A DNA stretch of 63,910 nucleotides, filler included, from Nanobdellati archaeon (GTDB lineage Archaea > Nanobdellota > Nanobdellia > Woesearchaeales > JAADFO01), in NCBI GenBank assembly GCA_013152815.1. It is 4 parts of 4 records of this genome, joined end to end, with 100 filler letters (N's around TTAATTAATTAA, not from the genome) between each part and the next. Parts side by side here need not be neighbours in the genome. Positions count along the whole stretch, not along the records: positions 51,475 to 63,910 come from JAADFO010000075.1; 3 more parts are not named here. One strand, written 5' to 3'. The notes below the pieces were generated by a model that saw only the letters and a list, made by a program, of their open reading frames with translations, had not been told where the DNA came from and made no database searches. Made by a program: the position numbers and the translations under genes. Position 1 is the stretch's first letter, and every line of letters starts with the position of its first letter. This document shows, piece by piece, positions 58,362 to 63,910 of the stretch.

Positions 58362-59258
58362 CTATCCTGTCTGCCTTGCTCGCTTCTCCTCATGGGCCAT
58401 GTGGCTCTGCAGCACGCTTCTGCTGTAGACTATCCAGATGAGCATCAGGAACTCGGAGATGATCTTGCCTGCCAGAGAAGCAGGGTCCAGGGAGACGCTC
58501 AGCAGGAGCGGGATCAGGGAGATCAGGACAAGGATGATGAACAGCAGGAGGTAGCGCGGCAGGAACCCGAGGATGCCGCCGAACCCTCTCTTGAACGCGA
58601 GAGCGTAGCTATGGAAGACCTTCCCTGTCCTGGTCAGCTGGAAGATGTAGTTGATGTAAAGATGCCACAGGAGCAGCATGAAGATTCCCATGAGGATGAT
58701 GATCAGGAGATTCGGCTGCAGCCCGCTGACCATGGACCCGTAGGCGACGGCCATCGGGAACGACATCACGATGAGGACGATCACGCCGAAGCTCAGGATG
58801 CCGAGGATGGTCTTTCCCCATCCCCTGATGAGCTCTTTGAGCTCTTTCTTTCCTCTGAGGCGTCTCCAGACCAGGTGTCTCGAGAACGAGAAGAGCAGGA
58901 AATACGCGATGAGAGTAAGGGCCGCCAGGGACAGAGAATACCACATCGCCCGATAGATGATGGAAGCATTCGACGCGATGAGCGCCTGATTGCCCGATTG
59001 GACGATGCCGACGAGATTGTTTGTGATGCCTGCGCTCATGGCCTTGACCAGCTTGCCGATGATGACAAAGACGATGATGCTGGCGATGTCATAGAAGAAG
59101 GTCTCGACAAGTGCATTAGTATCGACGAGAAAATCCCTGCGCAGGTCCTGGAGCAGGCCGGTCATCCCTCTGGTCCTTTTCCGAGCAGGCACCCTGGAGA
59201 CAGAGGACCTTTCCGGTGGCTTTGCCTTCCCCTTCTTCCTCGCTATCTTTTTGGCCAT
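58362..59258 (-). CDS. multi-pass membrane protein
   Basis: basic N-terminus followed by about 6 TM helices. Confidence 0.7.
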   Translation of the reverse strand: MAKKIARKKGKAKPPERSSVSRVPARKRTRGMTGLLQDLRRDFLVDTNALVETFFYDIASIIVFVIIGKLVKAMSAGITNNLVGIVQSGNQALIASNASIIYRAMWYSLSLAALTLIAYFLLFSFSRHLVWRRLRGKKELKELIRGWGKTILGILSFGVIVLIVMSFPMAVAYGSMVSGLQPNLLIIILMGIFMLLLWHLYINYIFQLTRTGKVFHSYALAFKRGFGGILGFLPRYLLLFIILVLISLIPLLLSVSLDPASLAGKIISEFLMLIWIVYSRSVLQSHMAHEEKRARQTG

Positions 59259-59371
59259 GCCCCTCTGGAGAAACTCATGGTATAAAACCTTTGTGGAAAA
59301 AACAAAAAACATCTGTGCAGGAAAGCACGGTCGGTCTCCTCCCGCTCTCCCCTTGAAAACTCCGGATCATC

Positions 59372-59665
59372 GGCTCTGTAGAAAGTAGGGCCGGCGTCCC
59401 ACCGCGAGGCGTCCTATGAGTGTGCAGCAGAGAGTTCCGGGGGTCGCCCCCAAACTTTCACGAAAGTTTGATCAAAGGAAGCGGAACCCATTGTTCCGCA
59501 CCGCTGCCTTGCAGATGCACAGCAGGGCAACGTAATGGAGCTTCATGCTCCATATTGCGTGTCAACTGAGCGTAACCCGGTGCGGGGCCGGAACGGCAGA
59601 AGCAGTGTCATTGCGGTGGCCGAGCCTGATGCCGGCCACGCGAAAGCGTAACTTTCTACAGAGCC
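59372..59665. mobile_element. 294-bp MITE (IS5/IS903-like ends) with structured interior
   Basis: perfect 15-bp TIRs GGCTCTGTAGAAAGT / ACTTTCTACAGAGCC; 8-bp target duplication GGATCATC at 59364-71 and 59666-73; no transposase. Confidence 0.85.
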
Positions 59666-59709
59666 GGATCATCGAAACATATTTATACCCTGTCCACGAT
59701 GGGAAAGCT

Positions 59710-60486
59710 ATGACAGACCCCCGGCTGGTGAAGTATGTCCAGGACAAGCTCGCAGAGGGATATGACAAAAAGACGCTCTCAGCATTCCTCGTGGATCAGG
59801 GGTATCCTCCTGCAGAGGTGCAGGACGTCATCGGGAGTTCGCCATCACGCGTTCCTGACGACGGTTCCCACGCCAAGATGGTCCTGATAGGGCTGCTCGT
59901 GCTGGGCCTCATCGTCATCGGATCCTTGTCGGTCATCTTTCTGGACTTCTCCGGTTCGTCTCCTGCCTTGAACAGGATCGATGTGGATACGCGTTTCCTG
60001 AGCGACCGCTATGAGCCGGGAAAGCCCCTCGCCATCGAGGTCAAGGTCGTCGATGTGGGGTCTAAGGATGCGCATCAGGTGTTCCTCTCCTATCGTGTCA
60101 GGGACAAGGCGACCAAGAACGTCGTCTTCTTCAAGCAGGAGACCATCAACCTGCAGGGAGAGAAGACGTCAGAACGGCAGCTCTACCTTCCTGAGGACCT
60201 TTCAGAGGGAAAATACCTTCTGGAGACCGAGGCGACCGTCGACCAGAAGACATTCCTCTCTTCATTCACCTTTGATGTTCAGCCGACCGGAGAGAAAACC
60301 CCTCCGGTTGCCCTGGAGGGTCCTGCTGAAACAGGCGCCACTGCAGCAGACGAGGGTTCCCTTGTCAACGGCTACCGCATCATCCAGGAGGATCCCTCTC
60401 TCACCCGGAAACGCGTCAAGACCTCCACCCTGCCGGAGGGAAGGACCTTCAACGGCATGGTCGTGGCCCGGCTCGCACCTGAGTGA
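59710..60486 (+). CDS. single-TM protein with extracellular Ig-like domain
   Basis: LVKYV...L..GY....L...L..QGY N-domain, TM, beta-rich LPEDLSEGKY domain. Confidence 0.7.
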   Translation: MTDPRLVKYVQDKLAEGYDKKTLSAFLVDQGYPPAEVQDVIGSSPSRVPDDGSHAKMVLIGLLVLGLIVIGSLSVIFLDFSGSSPALNRIDVDTRFLSDRYEPGKPLAIEVKVVDVGSKDAHQVFLSYRVRDKATKNVVFFKQETINLQGEKTSERQLYLPEDLSEGKYLLETEATVDQKTFLSSFTFDVQPTGEKTPPVALEGPAETGATAADEGSLVNGYRIIQEDPSLTRKRVKTSTLPEGRTFNGMVVARLAPE

Positions 60487-60545
60487 TAGCAGAGGACCGC
60501 TTCTTTATTGATGGCTGATGAAAGCATGGATTTCAGAAGTTCTTC

Positions 60546-62723
60546 TCACCCGTCGTAGGTCGGTTCCAGGGCGTTCCTATACGTATCCGAGATGGACTGG
60601 TAGATGGAGAGGTACTTGAGCTCTTCATGGAGCTTGAGGTCGTCGGTCTTCAGGGCGACGCCGTAGAAGGTGATGCTGTTGTTCCCATAGAGCTCCTGAG
60701 GGGTGAGCGTCCAGAGACGGTTCTCTTTGCTTATCTTGAGGCCGCCCGCAGGGACCGCATCCATGTCGATGGGGTCCATCCAGGAACATTCATCTTTCTT
60801 GAAGGTGTACCAGGGGAAAGAGATGCATTTCTTCTCCCTGGGGATGTGGATCGGGCTTTCCGAGAGGATGGTTGCACTGACCTGATACTTCCCTGGTATG
60901 AGCTCCACTTCTGTCGTGCCGTTGCCGGTGAAGAGCGCGACCGCATTGAAGGGCTCCTCTCCCTCATCCATCCGGGTGAAGGTCAGGGTGACCGTGTCTG
61001 CGGGGTCCAGATCTTCTGCATAATCGGGATAGAATTTCCAGGTGCGGAGCAGCTGTTCGAGGCCGTTCCCTACCGTCGACTGCAGGCGGAAGAGCTTCTT
61101 CTTGAGATGGATGGTCTTCTTGACCTTCCTGTTCATGGTGATGGTCTCCTTGACGTTCTTCTTCTTCGGGAGGCCCATGTTGCGGTATTCCTGCTGATAG
61201 TCCTCGCGGGTGATGGTGATGAGGCCGAGCATGCTCGTGGGCAGTCTCGTCGTGACCTCGCCCGAGCCGTTGGTCGTCCCCAGGGTGATGGAGTCGGCGT
61301 CGCAATACCCCTCTTCGTCAGGGATGCAGAGGTTGATGACCGCATCGTTGAGCGGGTTCTTGGTGTAGGCATCGCTGACACGGAAGGTGTAGTTTCCGGA
61401 AAGCCGCTGGTCCGGGTTCTGGAACAGCGGCGGTATCAGGGAATAGTCGCGTTCAGGGAACGTCGTGTTGGTGCTGTTCAGTCCGCTGTTGGCCCTGATG
61501 TTGGCCTCCAGGCCGAACTGGAACGTGTACCCTTCTCCGTCGAAGGCTGCCGGGTCCTGGAGGGTCACCATGATGGGATAGCTCAGGTCATACATGAACT
61601 CATAGTCGTGCATGCAGAAGACGAAGAGCGGCATGCTCTGGGAGAGGTCGGTGCCTTCCAGGATGTCGCCGTTGGAAGGATAGATGTCGAGGTAGACGGG
61701 CCAGCCGAGATAGTCGAAGCTTATGGCATAGGGGACAGAGGTCTCGTTGAGCACCATATAGTACTGGGCGTAGAATCCTGAGCCAAAGTCATCTTTGAGC
61801 TTGATGGGATTGAAGTTCAGGGATCCAAAGACCTGGAACCTTGGCACGGTGACTGCCAGCAGGTCCTTCATCTTCTCCTCCACATTGCTCTTGTACCAGC
61901 TCACCGAGGGGCCGCATTTGAAGTCTGTGGCAGCTATGGGCGGCAGCCGGTCCGGATCCGGGGCAGGCATGCTTCCCGCAGCTATCATGTTGAGCGTGTT
62001 CTTGGCCAGGAAATGGTTCTTTTCCTCATAGGTGATGATCTCTTCGGCGAGGTCGAAGAGCGAGGGAAGGTCCACCTGCAGGTCCCTGGACGTGAAAGAG
62101 GTCAGGGTTGACTGTTTCTTGCCCTTGACGATCTCGAGGGGGTATTCCATCGTGACCTTGACGGTCTTGTCGGTGATGATGGGCCTGATGGTCATGTTTC
62201 CCAGGGGGGTGATGGTGAACTCGTCCTGGAAGCCCCTGAAGCCGTCGAGGCAGGAAGGCAGGTCCTTCTTGATTCTGCGGGCGAGGTTGGCCTCCACCGA
62301 GAAGTCGAAATCGCTGAACGAGCTGCCGTGCAGCACCGGCTCCTTGGACGAGAACCTGCAGCTGTGGCAGGTGTTCCTGCTGATCACATAGTACCAATAG
62401 GGGATGTAGTAGCCGCTTCCTCTGACCAGCTCTATCGCATCTGAAGAGGTGGGATCCTGGTTGAGCAGCAGCTCTTCTGCAGGGTCGTCATAGCCGCCAT
62501 GCTCTCCTATGGTGATGATGCCTGCCTTTGCCTCCTGGTAGAGGCAGTCCTCGACAAAGCGTTTGATGGGGACCATCTCAGAGGTGACCTTCTCGGTGAG
62601 GATCCTGTTCTCGCCAAGCTGTTCCACCTCCAATTCCTTCTGCAGGAAGAGGAACATGAGGAGGCTTGCCAGTACGATGAGCCCGAGGATCATGAATATG
62701 GTTATCTGCGCTTTTGTTCTCAT
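60546..62723 (-). CDS. large exported protein with class III (pilin-like) signal peptide
   Basis: MRTKA|QITIFMILGLIVL; FVEDCL...G.HGGY motif. Confidence 0.78.
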   Translation of the reverse strand: MRTKAQITIFMILGLIVLASLLMFLFLQKELEVEQLGENRILTEKVTSEMVPIKRFVEDCLYQEAKAGIITIGEHGGYDDPAEELLLNQDPTSSDAIELVRGSGYYIPYWYYVISRNTCHSCRFSSKEPVLHGSSFSDFDFSVEANLARRIKKDLPSCLDGFRGFQDEFTITPLGNMTIRPIITDKTVKVTMEYPLEIVKGKKQSTLTSFTSRDLQVDLPSLFDLAEEIITYEEKNHFLAKNTLNMIAAGSMPAPDPDRLPPIAATDFKCGPSVSWYKSNVEEKMKDLLAVTVPRFQVFGSLNFNPIKLKDDFGSGFYAQYYMVLNETSVPYAISFDYLGWPVYLDIYPSNGDILEGTDLSQSMPLFVFCMHDYEFMYDLSYPIMVTLQDPAAFDGEGYTFQFGLEANIRANSGLNSTNTTFPERDYSLIPPLFQNPDQRLSGNYTFRVSDAYTKNPLNDAVINLCIPDEEGYCDADSITLGTTNGSGEVTTRLPTSMLGLITITREDYQQEYRNMGLPKKKNVKETITMNRKVKKTIHLKKKLFRLQSTVGNGLEQLLRTWKFYPDYAEDLDPADTVTLTFTRMDEGEEPFNAVALFTGNGTTEVELIPGKYQVSATILSESPIHIPREKKCISFPWYTFKKDECSWMDPIDMDAVPAGGLKISKENRLWTLTPQELYGNNSITFYGVALKTDDLKLHEELKYLSIYQSISDTYRNALEPTYDG

Positions 62724-62727
62724 CTTT

Positions 62728-63910
62728 TCAATCAGCCCAGTTGCTGTCCGGTGCTGTCTCCTCGTCGTTCCCTGCCGGCGTGTTCTGACCGTTGTCGTCG
62801 TTCTCTGTCGTGGCAGGCATGCCCTCTCCCTCTGCATTGGGGACCAGGAGCATCCATCCTGGTGTGCTGGAGCCGAAGTCGAAGCTCTCGACCCCTGCGT
62901 TGGACGTCACGAAGTCGGTGCAGATGCTCTTTCCTCCGATGGCGTCCCTGAACTCTGCCGAGCTCTTGCTGAAGACCAGGCAGAACTGGTCCCACCGAAT
63001 CCTGCTGTAGTCGACAAAAGCATCCTTTCCCATGAACTGGTCCCGCTTTCCCGAAGCGAGCGTGTATGTCTTTTTCAGGGCATCGTTCTTTATCCGCTGC
63101 CGGTTGGTGGCCGTGTCAACGCCGATGAGCCTGACCTGATAGGCAAGGTCTCCTCCAGCGGCAATCACTTTCCATTCCATCTTGTAGAAGTATTCCCTGA
63201 TGGTCTTGTCCGGTACTGTGGCGTTGGGATACTCGATGAGGCTGCTCCGTTCTCCGGTGATGATGAGTGCCATGATGTCGTTGCCGTTCTTGTCGATCCT
63301 CCGGACCTTGCCCTGCATCTGTCCTGCAGCGTACTCCCCTGCGTTCAGGTTGGGGTTGACCCTGATGTCCTGGAACTGGTCCCTGCAGTAGTTCTCTGCC
63401 TGGTATTCGCCGCCCCAGATCTGTTTATCCAGCCATTCCTCGACGCCTGGAAGCATATGGTGCTGGCTTCCTCCCTGGCTTCCGAAGATGTTGCCGATCA
63501 TGTTCCATGCCCATGTCCCGGCAAGCGCAGACTGGTAGACATCTGTGACATATTTGTTGTAGACGTTGGCGGCAGTGAGCACTGGGTTGAGGAGGCCACC
63601 GAGCCAGTTGTCCGGCAGTCCCTTGTCGATGAGCTCAGCGGATCTCTGTGCGTCTTCAACCTGCTCTCTGCATGCTGCTGTTTTATCCTCCGCTTTCTTG
63701 CATATATCTTCAGGGTCGTCATCCTGTTTTACATCATATGGTTGACCATTTACTGTGATCGTTCTTTTTTTGACCTTGCCGTTCTTGTCGTAGGTGAGGG
63801 TATATCTCGTATTTCCCTCATCGTCAAGGAAATCCTCTGCCACCTTTCTGTCATTATTGTCGTAGGTGACCCTGCTGGTTGTTTTTCCTTCGCTGTCTTG
63901 CTCCTCGACC
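62728..63910 (-). CDS. hypothetical protein (5' truncated) with YD-like repeats
   Basis: frame open to the window end; VTYDNNDRKV...LTYDKNGKV. Confidence 0.65.
   Translation of the reverse strand, partial: VEEQDSEGKTTSRVTYDNNDRKVAEDFLDDEGNTRYTLTYDKNGKVKKRTITVNGQPYDVKQDDDPEDICKKAEDKTAACREQVEDAQRSAELIDKGLPDNWLGGLLNPVLTAANVYNKYVTDVYQSALAGTWAWNMIGNIFGSQGGSQHHMLPGVEEWLDKQIWGGEYQAENYCRDQFQDIRVNPNLNAGEYAAGQMQGKVRRIDKNGNDIMALIITGERSSLIEYPNATVPDKTIREYFYKMEWKVIAAGGDLAYQVRLIGVDTATNRQRIKNDALKKTYTLASGKRDQFMGKDAFVDYSRIRWDQFCLVFSKSSAEFRDAIGGKSICTDFVTSNAGVESFDFGSSTPGWMLLVPNAEGEGMPATTENDDNGQNTPAGNDEETAPDSNWAD

Noticed and set aside
59372..59665. SRP RNA or RNase P RNA (about 300 nt with paired ends)
   Set aside because: No SRP helix-8 motif or RNase P GAGGAAAGUCC-type motif on either strand; perfect TIRs plus a target duplication fit a MITE better.
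1..63910. CRISPR array, cas genes, integrase, transposase or reverse transcriptase
   Set aside because: No regularly spaced repeats and no recognisable motifs for these proteins in the ORF track.

Overview
Archaeal genome fragment, most likely DPANN (Woesearchaeota-like; inferred from L14e, L34e, pelota, aEF-1beta, short NMD3, SEC11-type signal peptidase, intron-containing tRNA-Trp, plus bacterial-type GyrA and PepA). The window is four contigs joined by artificial N44-TTAATTAATTAA-N44 linkers (23576-23675, 37706-37805, 51375-51474), so adjacency across linkers is not biological. Contig 1 holds housekeeping genes and an ~18 kb copper/thiol-redox island (5421-23575): CcdA, a triple-thioredoxin/CuA fusion, two proteins sharing a DLPxMVGGC C-terminus, a Cache-DUF835-wHTH membrane regulator, several unannotated Cys-rich microproteins, a tandem Lrp regulator, CopA and an HMA-rhodanese lipoprotein. 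Contig 2 encodes surface proteins and tRNA-Trp. Contigs 3 and 4 are mostly housekeeping genes. The best leads are: (1) an integron-like cassette signature, in which the same 15-bp sequence marks two separate junctions between AT-rich foreign genes and the GC-rich chromosome, and one AT-rich gene is bounded by a 12-bp GTTGGGAG/CTCCCAAC inverted repeat next to a hairpin-rich attC-like spacer (no integrase is visible); (2) the C-terminal Cys-tag copper/redox module; (3) a 294-bp MITE with perfect TIRs, a target duplication and a highly structured interior; (4) a reduced box C'/D' guide in the tRNA-Trp intron that points at C34. All family calls are from motif recognition, with no database searches run.
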